NCBI RefSeq assembly: GCF_009914755.1 | Contig: NC_060926.1 | DNA from: the human T2T-CHM13v2.0 reference genome, Homo sapiens | Length of the DNA stretch: 64,000 nucleotides | Strand: one strand, 5' to 3' | Part shown: positions 1 through 14,915 of the stretch, in pieces | How the letters are laid out: every line of letters begins with the position of its first letter | How positions within the stretch are numbered: position 1 is the first letter of the stretch | Program-made: the position numbers and the translations under genes | Notes under the pieces: model-generated | What the model was told of the DNA's origin: nothing | What the model saw: only the letters and a program-made list of their open reading frames with translations | Databases searched by the model: none

Positions 1-1910
1 ATATGATTTATAAGTACTTTTTCCCATTCTAGGTTTCCTTTTCACTCTGTTGATTGTGTCTTTTGATTCATGAAATTTTTTGTTCAATGTAGTCTCATTT
101 GTCTATTGTTACAATTGTGGCTTGTGTTTTTGGTGTCATATCTAAGAAATTATTTCCAAATCCAATGTCATGAAGCTTTTGCCTTATGCTTTTTTCTAGG
201 TGACTTATAGTTTTGGGCCTTATAGTTGCTATGATTCGAGTATTTGTCCCCCAGAATTCATGTGTTGGAAGCTTGATTCCCAATGCAGCGTTCTTGGGAG
301 GTAGGACCTACTGAGACGTGTTTGGCTTATGGGGTTGGGTCACTTATGAGTGGATTACTATTGTTACCCTGAAAGTCAGTTGTTATAAAGCAAGTCTGTC
401 CCACATGCTTCTGGTCTTTCACATGCTCTCACTCACCCTTCTGCTTTTCTGCCATGTTATGGTGCAGCATGAAAGCCCTCACCAAAAGCCAGAACAAGGC
501 CCTTAGGCCTTCAAGCTTCCTGAATCATGAGCCAAACTTCTTTTCTTTATAAATAACCTAATCTGTGCTATTCTTTCATAGCAACCTACACTAAGCACAT
601 ATTTAGGCCTTTAATTCATTGTGAGTTGGATTTTGTATGTGGAGTAAGATAAGTTCCACTTTTATTCTTTAGCATGTAGATTTCCAGTTTGTACAGCATC
701 TTTTGTTGAAAAGACTGTCCTTTCCCCATTTAGTGGTCTTGGCACTCTTGTTGAAGATTAGTTGACCATGTACGCATAGATTTATTTCTATGCTCTTTAT
801 TCCATTAATTTTTATGTCTGTCTTTTTGTCAATGCCACATGGTTTTGGTCATGGTAGACTTGTACTATGTTTTCAAATAAAAAATTGTGAGTTTTCCAAC
901 GTTGTTCTGCTTTTTCAAAATTGTTTTGGCTATTTAGGGTCACTTTAGGTTCTACATGAGTTTTAATATGATTTTTTTCTATTTCTGCAGCAAAAATACT
1001 AATGGGATTTTAATAGGAATCACATTGAATCTGTAGACTGCCTTGGGTCATGTTGACATTTAACAATATTAAGTCTTTCAATTCATGTGTATGGGATGGG
1101 TTTTCCATTCATTCTTTTCTTTCATTATTTTCAGCAATGTTTTGTAATTTTTAGTGTACAAGCTTTTCATCTCCTCGGTTAAGTTTATTCCCAAGTATTT
1201 TAATCTTTTTGTTACTACTGTAAATGGGATTTTTTCTTAATTTTCTTCTCAGATTGTTCATTGTTAGTGTGTAGAAGCACAACTGATTCTTGCATGTTAA
1301 CTTTGTTTTCTGCTACTGTGCTGAATTTGTTTCTTGGTTCTAACAGTTTTTTGTGTGGATTCTTTAGTGTTTTCAACATATAAGATTATGTCATCCTCTT
1401 GATTTTACTTTTTTTTTATTTGGATGGCTTTTATTTCTTATTCTTGACTAATTGGCCTGAATAGGACTTTCAGGACTCTATTGAGTAAAAGTAATGAGAG
1501 CAGGCATCCTTGTCTTATTCCTGATTTTAGAGGAAAGGCTTTTAATCTTGCACCATTGAGTGTAATGTTAGCTGTGGGCTTTTCATACATGGACTTTATT
1601 ATGTTGAGGTAGTTTCCTTCTGTTTTTAGTTTCTTGAGTATTTTTATCATGAAAGGATATTGAATTTTGTTAAGCGCCTTTGTTGTATCAATTGAGATAA
1701 TCATGTGGTTTTGTCTTTCATTCTGTTAATGTAGTGTAATACATGGATGGATTTTCACATGTTAAAACATCCTTGCATTGTGGGAAGAAACTCTACTTGC
1801 TCAAGGTGTATAATCCTTTTAATATGCTATTCGATGTGATATGCTAGTATTTCATTGAGGATTTTTGTTTCAGTATGTACTAGGAATATTAGTTTATTGT
1901 TTTCTTGTCA
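1..1910 (-). mobile_element. Old LINE-1 (L1M-type) ORF2 fragment, interrupted by an MST LTR
   Basis: Minus-strand ORF remnants match L1 ORF2p: 95..283 (KLHDIGFGNNFLDMTPKTQAT) and 1438..1704 ([31 protein letters not shown]). Many stops and frameshifts. Confidence 0.85.
227..599 (+). mobile_element. MaLR solo LTR (MST/MLT1A-like)
   Basis: Starts tgctatgattcgagtatttgtcccc and ends ttctttataaataacc...ctaagcaca; about 370 bp; splits the L1. Confidence 0.75.
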
Positions 1911-1944
1911 GATAGTACTAGTCCTGTGACTTTGAAGTTCTTTC

Positions 1945-4900
1945 AAATTAATGCTTTGACTACTATAGATTTTTTGTCTTTCCATGTAAACTTTAGAATC
2001 AGCTTGTTGATATCCACAAAGTAACTTGCTGTGATTTTGATTGAGAATGCATTTAGTCTGCAGATCATATTGGGAAGAGCTAATATCTTGACACTATTGA
2101 GTCTTCCTATCAGTGAACATTGGATACATCTCCATTTATTTAGATCTTTGACTTCTTTCATCACAGTTTTAAAGTTTTCCTCATGTAGCTCTTATCCATA
2201 TTTTGTTAGATTTACACCCATTTCATTTTTTGGTGCTAATGTAAGTGGTATTGTGTTTTTAATTTTAAATTCTAATTGTTCATTGTTGGTTTGTAAGAAA
2301 GCAATTGGTTTTTGTATACTAACCTTGTAATCTGCAACCTTGCTACAATCACCTTTTAGTTCCAAAAGTTTTTATTTTGTTTTTGTTAGCTCTTGGGAAA
2401 TTTCCACATAGCTAATTATGTCATCTGCAAACAAAGGCAGTTTATTTATTTCTTCCCAATCTTTATGACTTTTTAAATGTTTTTATTTCATTAGCTAGGG
2501 CTTACAAATGATATTGTGTAGAAGTGATGAGAGTGAGCATCCTCACCTCATTACTCATCTTAGGAGAAAAGTTTCTAGTTTCTCATCATTAAAATATAAT
2601 ATTAGATCTAAGTTTTTGTAGAGGTACTTATCAAGTTGAAGAAGTTCACTTCTATTTCTAGTTTTTCTGAGTTTTATTTATTTTTTATAAATAGATTTTA
2701 AATTTTGTCAAATGCTTTTTCTTAATCTATTGATATTATGATTTTTCTTTTTTAGTTAGTTGATATGATGAATTATATTAATTGATTTCGAATGCTGAAC
2801 CAGTCTTGCATACCTGGAATAAATCTCACTTGGTCGTGGTATACAATTCTTTTTATATATTCTTGGATTCAACTTGCTAATGTTTCACTGAGGACTTTTG
2901 TGTCTATATTCATCAGATATTGGTCTGTAGTTTTCATTCTTTGTAATGTCTTTGTGAGGTTCTAGTACGATGGTAATGCTAGACTCTCAGAATGAGTTAG
3001 AAAATATTCTCTCTCCTATTTTCTGAAACAGATGTAGAGAATTGGTATCATTTCGTTCTTAAATGTTTCACACACCTAATCAGTGAGGCACCATCGGGGC
3101 ATAAAGTTTTGTTTTTGGAAGGTTATTAATTATTAATTTAATTTCACATATATATATAGCTAGATAGATATTTGACTATCTTTTTCTCCTTGCATGAGTT
3201 TTGGTATATTGTGTCTTTCAAGGAATTGGTCCATTTCATGTCAGTTATCAAATTTATAAGCATGGAGCCATTCAAAATATTTACTTTTTTCATTGTCTAC
3301 GGGATCAATAGAGATCCCTATTTTATTGTTGATATTAATAATTCATATCTTTGCTCTTTTTTCATGGTTGGCATGGTTAGAAATTTATTAGTTTTATTGA
3401 TCTTTTTGAAGGATTGGCTTTTGGTTTCATTGACTTATTTTCCAATTGTTTTCAATGCCAATTATTTCTGCTTTAATTTTAATCTTTTTCTCTTGCATTT
3501 TTTGATTTAATTTTATATGTTTTTCTATTTCCATATATATATTAAATCTCCCTAATATATGCATTTAATGCTGTTTCTCTCTAAAATAACTGCTTTTTGT
3601 GCATCTCACATATTTTGATAAGTAATATTTTTATTTAATTTAGTTTAGAATATTTTTAAAATTTCTCTAGAGAATTCTTTGACCCATGTGTTAGTTAGAA
3701 GTGGTTTGTTTAACTTCCAAATATTTTGGGATTTTTTTTTTTTTTACCTATTTCATTGATTTCTAGTTTAATCCCATTGTATTCTTACAGCACACTTTTT
3801 ATGATTTCTATTCTTTTAAATGTGTTGTGTGTTATAAGATGCCCTCTATCTTGGTGAATGTTCCATGTGAGCTTGAGAAGAATAAGCATTCTGATGTTGA
3901 TGAAGTATTCTACAAATGTCAAATAAACACCACAGATTGATAGTGTTGTTCAGTTCAACTATATTGGGGGAAACTGCCCCCATTATTTCAACGTAGGTTA
4001 TTTCTATTTTCCATAAGTGTCGGCCAACTGAGAAATAAAGAGAGACAGTACAAAGAGAGGAATTTTACAGCTGGGCCACCAGGGGTGACATCACATGTTG
4101 GTAAGACCATGATGCCTGCCTGAGTCTCAGACCAGCAAGTTTTCATTAAGGGTTTCAAAAGGGGAGGGGGTGTAAGAACAGGGAGTAGGTACAAAGATCA
4201 CATGCTTCAACGGGCAAAAAGCAGAACCACTAATAAGGGTCTAACAAAGATCACATGCTCCTGAGGGAACAGAACAAAGGGCAAAAGCAGAACCACTGAT
4301 AAGGGTCTATGTTCAGTGGCACGTATTGTCTTGATAAACATCTTAAACAACAGAAAACAGGGTTTGAGAGCAGAGAACTGGTCTGATCACAAATTTACCA
4401 GGTTGGGGTTTCCCAACCCCAGTAAGCCTGAGGCTTCTGCAGGAGACCAGGGCTTATTTCAGTCCTTATCTCAACTGCACAAGACAGACATTCCCAGAGT
4501 GGCCGTTTATAGACCTCCCCCCAGGAATGCATTCCTTTCCCAGGGTATTAATATTAATATTCCTTGCTAGGAAAAGAATTAAGCAATATCTTTCCTACTT
4601 GCATGTCGCAAGAAGAAAAATATGGCTCTTTTTGCCCAACCCCACAGGAAATCAGACCTTATGGTTGTCTTCCCTTGTTCCATAAAAATTGCTATTATTC
4701 TGTCCTTTTTCAAGGTGCACTGATTTCATATTGTTCAAACATACATGTTTTACAATCAATTTGCACAGTTAACACAATTATTACAGTGGTCCTGAGGTGA
4801 CATACATCCTCAGCTTACGAAGATAACAGAATTAAGAGATTAAAGTAAAGACAGGCATAATAAATTATAAAAGTATTATTTGGGAACTGATAACTGTCCA

Positions 4901-7400
4901 TATTAATATGAAATCTTCACAATTTATGTTCCTCTGCTGCAGCTCCAGCCGGTCCCTCTGTTCGGGGTCCCTGCCTTCCCATAACACAACTACATGGTTA
5001 CTGATTGTTTGCCTGCTGGATTTGTCAATTAATGATAGAGGTATCCTAAATTTTTAACTACAATAGTAGTGTGTCTATTTTTCCTATAGTTCTATCATTT
5101 TTGGTCTCACTTATGTAACACTCTTATTGGGTACATATACAGTAAGAATTGTAATGTCTTTAGAGAATTGACTACTTTGTCAATATATAATTCTCTTTTT
5201 TATCTCTGATAATTTTTCTTGCTTTGATGGCTGCTTTGTCTGAAATTAATATAAATATCCTAGCTTTGTTTTGATTAGCATTCACATAGTACATCTTCTT
5301 TATCTTTTTTCACTTTATCTGTATCTTTATATTTAAAGTGGATTTTTTTGTAGAAACATATAGTTTTTTTAATCTACTCTAACAGACTGTATTTTAATTG
5401 GTATATTTAGATTATTCACATTTAAAGTGATCATAGATATAGTTGGATTAATATCTACCATATTATAACTGTTTTTTCTTTGGTGCACTTATATTTTATT
5501 TCTTTCCTTTTGGTCTTCCACTGTTTTTCTGCCTTCTCTGGCTTTAAATGAGCATTTATATGGCTCTATTTTATCTTTTCTCTTAGCATATCAAATATAC
5601 TTCTTTAAAGAAATTAGTGTTTGTTTTAGTGTTGGCATATACAACTAATATATACAATATACAACTAATTTACATCCACTTTCAAGTAACACTATACCAC
5701 TTCATGGTCACTGTAAGTACCTTATAACAGAGTATTCTTAATTTTTCCTTCCTATTTCTTATGACATTTCTATCACTCATTTAAATTATCTATAGGCTAT
5801 TACCACCAGTCTTAGATCAGCTAAGGCTAAGAAAAATAGGTTTTATTTTAACTTTTTATTTCTCAGTGATCTTTTATGTAGATCTGAGTTTCTAACCTGT
5901 ATCATTTTCTTTCTCTCTGAACATTTTAACATTTTTTTGCATAATAGGTCTACTGGCAACAAATTCTTTCAATTTTTGTTTCCCTAAGAAAGTCTTTATT
6001 TCCCCTTCACATTGACAAAAATTTTGGGAACTATTGAAAAGTTTGCTGGATATAGAATTCTAGATTAGTGGGTTTTTATCTTCCAATGCTTTAAATATTT
6101 TACTCCACTCTCTTATTACTTGCATTGTTTCTGAAAATAAGACTGATGTAATTCTTAATTCTGGTCCTTTATAGGTGAAGTGTTTTGATTTCCCCTTTCT
6201 GCTTTCTGGCTTCTTTCTAGCTTTTTATTTGTCTTCAATTTTCTGCAGCTTCAATATGAGATGTCCTGATGTAAATGTTTGTGTGTGTTTATTTTGCTTG
6301 GGGTTCTCTGAACTTCCTGTGTATCTGTGGTACAATGTCTGTTTTTAATTTTGGAAAATGCTCAGACATTGTTACTTCAAATACTTCTGTTTTTTTCTGT
6401 CTTTATTATCTTTCTGATACTATTATTATGCATATATTATTCCTTTTGTAATTGTCCCAACCTTCTTAATTTTTTTCTGTTTATTTCATTTTTTCTCTTT
6501 ATTTTTCTATTTGAGAAATTTATATTGACATATCTTTAAGATCACTGGCACTTTCTTTGGCAGTATCTACTCACTGATGAGCCTAATAAAAAGAATTTTC
6601 AGTTTCTATTATAGTGTTTCGATTTCCTTTTGATTCTTTCTTAGAGTTCTCATCTTTCTGCTTATATTACCTATCCATTCTTGCATGTTCTCCACTTTTT
6701 CCATTATATCCCTTAGCATATCAATCATTGGAACTTTAATTTCCCAGTCTGATAACTCCAAAATCTCTGCTCTATTGGAGTCTGCTGTGATGCTTTCTCT
6801 ATCTCTTCAGACTGTGTTTTTTCCCTGTGAGCATGATTTATAATTTTTGTTGAATGTCAGACATGTTATATTCAGTAAAGGAACTCAAGTAAATAGATCT
6901 TGAGTGTGAGGTTTCATGTTTATCTGACTAGGTGTAAGGCTGTGTTTACTGGGTTTCCCCAGACACTCCTTCTTAAATAGGGTTTTAGAGAGGCTTTCAG
7001 TTCTTTTAGCTATAGTCTTGTTATTATAAATGAGCCCTTTATAGGTAGTGTAAAGTGTTTGGTGAAGAGGAGATGTTCTGTAGTCTTCTGACAAGGTCTC
7101 AGGTTTTTCACGAGACTGTGCCCCTGAGCTGTTACCTTCATGAATGCTGTTCAGCTCCCTCCCCACTTTACTTCCCTTTTATTAGAGCTTTGTGAATCCC
7201 AAATCACTTAGGCTTTGGTAAAATAGTTTTCCTTGAGGGCAAACATCATAAGGAGGTCAAAATTTTGAGCATATTTCGAAATGGTTACTTTTCCTCTCCC
7301 CCTGACAGAAGCAAGAGGGGAGATTTTGTTTGTTTGTTTGTTTGTTTTACCAATCTTTATTCTGAGAACCTGATGAGTTTCCTGAAACTAAAACTGATAA
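1945..7400 (-). mobile_element. Second old LINE-1 (L1M-type), ORF2 into the 5' region, interrupted by MER11
   Basis: ORF 1943..2164 (KDLNKWRCIQCSLIGRLN..LILKFTWK) is L1 ORF2-like, followed by continuous T-rich antisense L1. Boundaries approximate. Confidence 0.75.
3962..4986 (-). mobile_element. MER11 solo LTR (HERV-K11/HML-8 family)
   Basis: Reverse complement begins tgttatgggaaggcagggaccccgaacagagggaccggctg (MER11 5' end); 1025 bp; perfect 6-bp TSD CAACTA at 3956-3961 and 4987-4992, typical of ERVK. Confidence 0.9.
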
Positions 7401-8059
7401 ATATGTAGGGTCTCACCATTGATCTCTAAAGCTCACAATCCAATGGGTGGGATAGAGATGGAAAGAAATAATTGCAATATAGTGAGCTAAACAAACACTT
7501 CGTAAAAGGAGGGTATGATTTGAATCTGTCTTAGGAATAGTGAGTCTTATATCTGAGTAAAAACAGGGTGGGTGAGATGGAAATTTGGGAGAGGGATGAA
7601 GGCCTCTCCCTCCATCCAGGCCATGGTATGGTATAAGCCCATGCAAAATAGTAAAATACTTCATAGTAAAATATTGCTTGCATGTTAAACATGTTTTTCC
7701 AACTGTGACATCATTAGAAGGCTGATATTTAAAACAAGAAAAAGCATATTCTTATTCTCTGTCAGACCCTTATTTGCCTCTAGCCCAATGTTACCATGAC
7801 AGTTAACTTCCCATGTAGCACTCAAGTGGCAGGTCAAGTGCTATGTCCTATATGAGGTGCTTTCCTGATGCTGCACCCCATTTAATTAAAACAACCATTT
7901 TTAAGACATTGTAATTGCTGGTTTACACATGGACAAGGGTCCATGTTTTGCTCAATGGACCCTTACCTCCTCTCTGGCAAGGAGCTTGCTTTTTCATCTC
8001 AGCATCTCTGATACCTAACCAAGACCTTACCATGATACTTACTCAAAAATGAACACATA

Positions 8060-8290
8060 GCGTGGTGCTTACTGCCACGTGTGATGCAGGACTTCAGTCT
8101 CACAGCGTAAGTCCAGTCTATCTTGTTTAGTGGCTGTGTGACTTTAGGCAAGTTAATTAACCTTTCTGACTTTCAGTTTTCTAAATAGAAACAAAAAATA
8201 AAATACAGAAATTTAATACACATGAAGCACTTAGTGCAGTGTTTATTTGCACAATGAACTTTCCATAAGGGATAGCTATTTCTAATTATT
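8060..8290 (+). mobile_element. MIR SINE fragment
   Basis: MIR core gctgtgtgactttaggcaagttaattaacctttctgactttcagttttct, then gaagcacttag. Confidence 0.6.
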
Positions 8291-8411
8291 ATTTGGTGAA
8301 TAAGCAAAGGGTGATCTCCTGGCAGAATACTTTAGATGGAGGCCGTCACAGATTTCCAGGGACATATACAATGTGTTATGCTTTCTAGCACACTGTAAGA
8401 ATATCTGCTTT

Positions 8412-8731
<320 letters not shown>

Positions 8732-10417
8732 AAGAGCACCTGTTTCACACAGATTCCTGTTTCCCTAAGGTAGGTTGATTCAGGTAGGTTAACCTCGCTG
8801 GGTCTCAAGTCCCTCATCTTTTAAATGGGGGTCATTTAATTGGTTGCCATGAGGACTAAATGAATAAATATCAATATTAAGTGCTTCGAACAGTCACTCT
8901 CTAAGTCATAGCTACTATTATTAGTAGTATTATTAGCAGTAATAGTAGCAGTACAAACTATACCCTGCAGTTGTTTTCAGGCTTACTTAAATGGGTAAAT
9001 GTATGTGAAATATTTGGCCCCATGCAGGCATAGAGAGATCTCATTAGATGTTAACTGTTAGCCTCTCTTTGGTGGTGCACCCATTCTATTTCTTAAAAGC
9101 AGCACCTTGGGAGGAGGCTCTCTGCCTCCCATCTTCTCTGCTAGGGGATACATCAGCCCCAAGAACATCCTCTCCCTCACTCTCCCACTCCTCTCTAAGT
9201 GATTTCATTCTGTACATGAGACACTGTGATTTTTATGTGAGAAGCACAAAGCATCTTTCATAGAATTTTAGCTTCAAAGACAACATCAAAAGGTTGTGTT
9301 TGATGTTTCCGAAGGCAGCATTTCACTTCATGACTATTCAACGACAGGTGATTTGACTGATTTTTCTTTGTCAGTGTTCACCCAGATGTTTGGCACAGCT
9401 TGACAAGGAGAGTGTCTGAGCGCTGCTCTTCTGTCGTTGTCAAGAGCCATTTGGGAATATACTTGAAATCCAACAACAAAGATACACTCCTCCTCAGCTT
9501 TTCTGTTCACTATATGGTCATATCAGTATCCTTGAATGACAAACACACTCCAGCATTCATCCTGATGGTAACTTACATCATGTGAGTCATGAGTTCAAGG
9601 AAAGTCTAATCTGCGGCATTCTAATCTGAACTCCAAACAGCCCTGGAGATTATTATCCAGTAATGTTATTTCCTTACTTCCCTTCTCTATATTCTAGGTA
9701 TTATAGGAGGCTATAAAAGAAGATAAAAATGAGATAACTAAAAAAAATAAAATGAAGAAACAAAAATAAAAAATAACTAGAATGAGGTAATAAAGTTGAA
9801 ACTTTAAATGTGTTCACAAAGTGGTGGTTAAAAAAAATACAAAACACCAACCCAAATAGACAAGTGGGTGTTTTTTTGTTATTGTTGTTGCCTCTTGTGC
9901 TCAAAGTTGTCTGTCTCTATTTGGTACAATGAGGCAAAATCACAGTTAAAGAGTAAATGCAAATATCACAATTTCTGACTTCATTTAGCCTCACTGCATT
10001 TACCAAAGCTGTGTATAACATCTTGCCTATTCAAAATATAACATATGGACCATGTGGGTGAGAGTGCTAAAAGAGCCTTCATTTGTGCAGTCTTTGACTG
10101 GGGAGGCTTCAAAACAACCTGAATGTTAAGTTGCTATTTTAAAAAAAGAGATAAAATTTTGACTTTTAAAAACCATTGAAAAGAAAGGAAAAGATACCAT
10201 AGGTGAAGAGTTTCCTAATGTCTGCAGGGAAGGTTAATGGAGACCTCTGGGAGAGCAGGAGTATTCTGAGGTGCCCCTGCCACAAGAGGGCTCCCTGGGG
10301 GCGGGGGTGGGTACAGAGTCAGTGAGAAGTCTCCAGAGCAGGAGGGTGCAGGCTTGGAAGCGTTTGAATTCTAACAAAGAATGTGTTTGAACTATTGAGG
10401 TGTGTATATATGCTTTC

Positions 10418-10452
10418 GTGTGTGTGTGTGTGTGTGTGTATGTGTGTGTGTG
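10418..10452. repeat. (TG)n microsatellite
   Basis: About 17 TG units with one TA interruption; a shorter TG run lies at about 10700-10722. Confidence 0.95.
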
Positions 10453-11744
10453 TTTGCAAGAAAACCCCTCCTGATTAGCATCATTTTGTTTGCAACAAAA
10501 CCCCTCTTTACTAGCATCTCAAAAAGAAAAGTTCCAGTAGTACAACTGGGAATCTAGCATTTGCTTCTGCATTGCTTCTATAAAGTTGCATTCTTCAAAA
10601 AGGAACTCCTTTTCAGTTTAGGTCAAAATAGATTGGAGAACAAACTAACTTTCAGAGATATTTTAGTGAATTTTGGGCCAGTTATATAACAGTTGTATTT
10701 GTGTGTCTGTGTGTGTGTGTGTTTGCAAGAAAAATCCTCATGCTTCTTTGTAGTAGAATCTGTATCAAGGAAGACCATGGATAGGAAAGGAAAAATTTTA
10801 GAAATCTACCAGAAGTGGAGTACATGGCAAGTTGTATGAATGTTATATTTTAAAAGTTCAATCTCTCACTAGTGAGAATTTGCAAAGTAGGACTTTTAAA
10901 CACCTTTCAAATGTGTTTAAATAAAAATAGTCTGATTCATTATAGAAAACTGTATTTTTTATTTTAGAAATAGCTAGAACTATTTTAATATGAAATCTTC
11001 TTTATTTAAATATGTGCAACTTGTTGCATTTTGTATAGATAATGAATAGAATTTCAATGTAGTTGTTAAATTAATTCCTGAGAGTTTCATTTCATCATAT
11101 ACGTTTTCCTTCCAATCTTTGGGTGACAAATTTCAAGGTCTAAAAGAAAATTAAATATCACATTTTCAGTCGAAGCTATGTTTATTTGATCAATGTAGGT
11201 CATTGTTTTAATATACACACGTTCCACGACACCAGCTCTCCCCTCTCCTGCTGAGGGATCTGCAGTCTGCAAAGCACACGACTCATGCAGTTGGGTAGTC
11301 CTGGGCTTGAAGCTGTCTTTTTCTTGCACAAATCTCGTGACTTCAAACAATACACTCACTAAGCTATTTTGCCACTTGTTTATGTCTAAAATAAAAATGA
11401 TAATTCCTACTTTGTAGTGTTCTTTGGGGATTGAATAAATGATGTATATTAAAAGTTTGGTTCATAGTAAGTTGTCCTTCAATAAACAGTGTTATTATGG
11501 AGAAAAATGGTAAATTCCATTCCTCCTAGAGCAGGGGTTATTTAGCCAAGGTCCATCTGTATTTCCACGAAGCGCAAGCTGAAATTTAACATTTCCCTCC
11601 ATTTTGAATATAGGCAGCAAATTGCATCACATTTGGGAACAGTTTGGGGGCCCCAATTATGGCTTTGTGAAGTATTGCTTATATTTGGATTTACAGAGTA
11701 TATACAATTCCTATCTCTCTTTGAACTATGGATATTCCATGTTC

Positions 11745-11959
11745 ATGGGTAGGCATATTGTAGGCCTCAGGCCAAATCCAGTCCTCTATCTGTTTTTGTA
11801 AAGAAAGTACTATTAACACAGCCATCCCTATGTGTTTACTATTGTCTAGAGCTGCTTTGGCTGACAAGGGTAAAGTTGAGTAGTTGCTACAAAGACCCTA
11901 TGTCCTGTAAGCCTAAAATTTACCATCTGTTCTTTTCAGGTAAAGTTTTCTAACCCCTG
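11745..11959 (+). mobile_element. MER58A-like hAT DNA transposon
   Basis: ggccaaatccagtcc..gtttttgtaaagaaagt..gttgagtagttgc..aagcctaaaatttaccatctg..aacccctg end motif. Confidence 0.7.
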
Positions 11960-12904
11960 AAATGCAAAATGCACCAGTTGCTACCTAGGTCAGATCACTG
12001 CTGCTTCATATACAATTCTTTTTCTGGTAGGAGTCGACAGCAAACAGGACATTGAATATCAAGGGCCTATCATGAACCAGCTACTCTGTTAGGTACAGGA
12101 AATGCAAAATGAACAACAATGACAAAGCAGTTATTGCCCTAAGGGCTTTCTAGTTGGTAGTGGACATAATAACAAAACAAACAACTGCAATATACAACCG
12201 TGATGTAGGTAATCATAGTTGTATCATAAGTACATGTGACAGTGGTTCCTTCTGAAGTCAAACTTTATGACTGACTTAATTAAACTGTGTTGTTACTAAG
12301 CAAGTAGTTCGGGAAATGTACCTTCTATGTTTTTGTCCTCAGAGAATTAACATTTGCTTGAGGGAGCTGAAATTATTAACTCATGAAACACCAGCAAGAC
12401 CCATGGGCCATTATTCACTCATTCATGCATCATATGCAACATGGAGTATAGGTCATGTGAGACCATGGTCTATAAGGGCAGTATAGATGGTAGGCAGAGC
12501 ACTGAAAAGATCTGGAACAACCTCATGGAAGAGGATTGGGACCAGAGTCAACCCTCATATATCTTGGTTTCTGTATGTCACTATGGAGTTACTACTTTAC
12601 TGGTCTCAATCAAATTTTTTATTGATGGCCTGATTTTGGAGGAAACAGAAGTAACACTGTATACAGTAATATCGACTTTACAAGTAATTTCTTAAGAATA
12701 GGTTTCTTTATGGCTATATGATTTATTTACTTTGTTATAATCATTTTCACAGGGAACATCTCCTGACCTTGACTTTAATCTTAAGAGACACTGAGTAACT
12801 TATTACATCCTCATCAAAGAACAAAATTTATTGTTTAAATCTCTGCTCTCCTCATGCAGATCATTTATGATTTTATGGATATTTGTCATCTTACCTTTTT
12901 TCTT

Positions 12905-13370
12905 GTGGAAATAAACGAAGACCACTAACAGAAAATAAACAGAGGTGATTTAGTCAAAGCTATCTGTTCCAGGGAGTTAGTTACTATTACTTATTTTTTG
13001 CAGAAATGCAAAGTCAAGTACAAGTATAAAAGCTTTATAAGGTGATAAAAGAGAAGGCTTAAAGTATTGAAGTTTGTTGGCCTGTTGAAGACTGTTGACC
13101 TGGGGAAGCTGGAGACAACCTAATCAGAAATGAGGCATCCCTCGTGATTGATTTGGGAGCATATGTGGCTTTCTTTTTTTGGCCCTTTGTTAGAAGTAAG
13201 AGCAAAAAGTAGGGGAGCTGCCAGTCATTGACCAAGTCCTGGCCAACATGAGTTGATTGTGGCAGACTTTGTGATTTGGTTTCCCAGACTATTAGCTACA
13301 GATTGTAGGTCAGAGTCCTAATGTTATATACAGTCTGGCTGTTGTCCCTTTGTTTATTTGAGTCTCTGAC
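12905..13370 (-). mobile_element. Ancient ERV LTR fragment, family not assigned
   Basis: Motifs such as gacctggggaagctggag and aagtcctggcc resemble old ERV LTR consensus sequences. Confidence 0.4.
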
Positions 13371-13693
13371 TTTCCAATCTGAGTAGTTTCAAGTGTTTAG
13401 CCCATCCCATCTCCATAACCTTTTCAGTTGCTCTTATTCTGATGATCTTCAGTTTTATTTTTTCTTGAACTGCAGGGGGAAGAGCTGGCCATCTATTACA
13501 GAAACAGATTTTGTCTACGTTTATACATAGCGCAGATAATCAAAATTTTTGTTTTGTTTGTTTTTTCTATATGAAGGTGATGTTTAACCTGTCCTACTGA
13601 AACACCATGTTTTGATGGATGTGTTGGCTTTTTAATTTAATTTAGTTTAAGTTTAGTTTTCCATTATAACATATCGAGTCTGTAGTGGCTCCC

Positions 13694-14243
13694 TCTGTTA
13701 GTCAGTGCTCTCTAGAGGGACAGGACTAATAGGATAGATGTATACATGAAAGGGAGTTTATCAAGGAGCATTGACTCACACGATCACAAGGTGCAGCCCC
13801 ACAATAGGCCATCTGCAAGCTGAGGAGCAAGGAAGCCAGTCCAATTCCAAACACCTAAAAAGTAGGGAAGCTGACAGTGCAGCCTTTAGTCTGTGGCTGA
13901 AGGCCCAACAGCCCTTGGCAAACCACTGGTGTAGGTCCAAGAGTCCAAAAGCTGAAGAACTAGGAGTCTGCTGTTCAAGGGCAGGAAGCATCTAGCATAG
14001 GAGAAAGATGGAGGACAGAAAAGTTAGACAGTCTAATCCTTCTACGTTCCTCTGCCTGCTTTTATCTTAGCCATGCTGGCAGCTGATTAGATGGTGCCTA
14101 CCCAGATTGAGGGTGGGTCTGCCTCTCCTAGTCCATTGACTCAAATGTTAATCTCTTTTGGCAACACCCTCTCAGACACACCCAGGAAAAATACTTTGCA
14201 TCTTTCAATCGAATCAAGTTGACACTCAATATTAACCCTCATA
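13694..14243 (-). mobile_element. MLT2A (HERV-L) solo LTR
   Basis: gttagtcagtgctctctagagggacaggactaataggata ... tcaagttgacactcaatattaacc; near-perfect 5-bp TSD ctccc/ctcct. Confidence 0.85.
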
Positions 14244-14915
14244 CTCCTCATTTTTATTTTGGATTGAATAGGTAGCTAAAAACCTGTAGTCTAAGTAGAG
14301 GTGATTTTTTTCTTTCTACACTTATAACTGGCAGAATAATCCTGGTCCAGGCCTAGTGCTTCCTCAAGGGAGATGTCCCTGCTCCTGACCCTTTTGTCTC
14401 CAGTCCATTGTGTGCCTAGGGAAGACATTATTCCTCAGGTTCTGACTGATTGAGGTGGGCATCTCATCCAAGTATGGGGGGTCTACATGCTTTGTAAGTG
14501 GTTTATGCCAAGACCTGCTGGACTAATCTGAATCTCTCTCTTGGAAATTTAAGCTGAAAAATATGAAGAGATAGAAGAAGCTGGAACTTGGCTCTGAAAC
14601 TAATAGGATGCTTCAAGAAAGACCATGAGGTAGAATATGAGTCTAAGGAAGGTGAACTTAGGAGAAAACAAAAATTATGGCTAATCAGAAGCCGTGATGT
14701 AGGGTGAATGTTTGGATAGAAATAGAAGAAGTCAGAAGGGAGGAAACAGTATAATTAAACTAAAGAAGCAGAAGCACAGAGGAACTGAGACACATAAGGA
14801 GCAGAGGAAAACTCAGATTTTTGATGACTTACAATGTTCTAGGGTCTTACCATCTTATATATGTTATACTATATAAATACATTTATTATCTGACTCCTCT
14901 GTAAGAATGCAAGAA

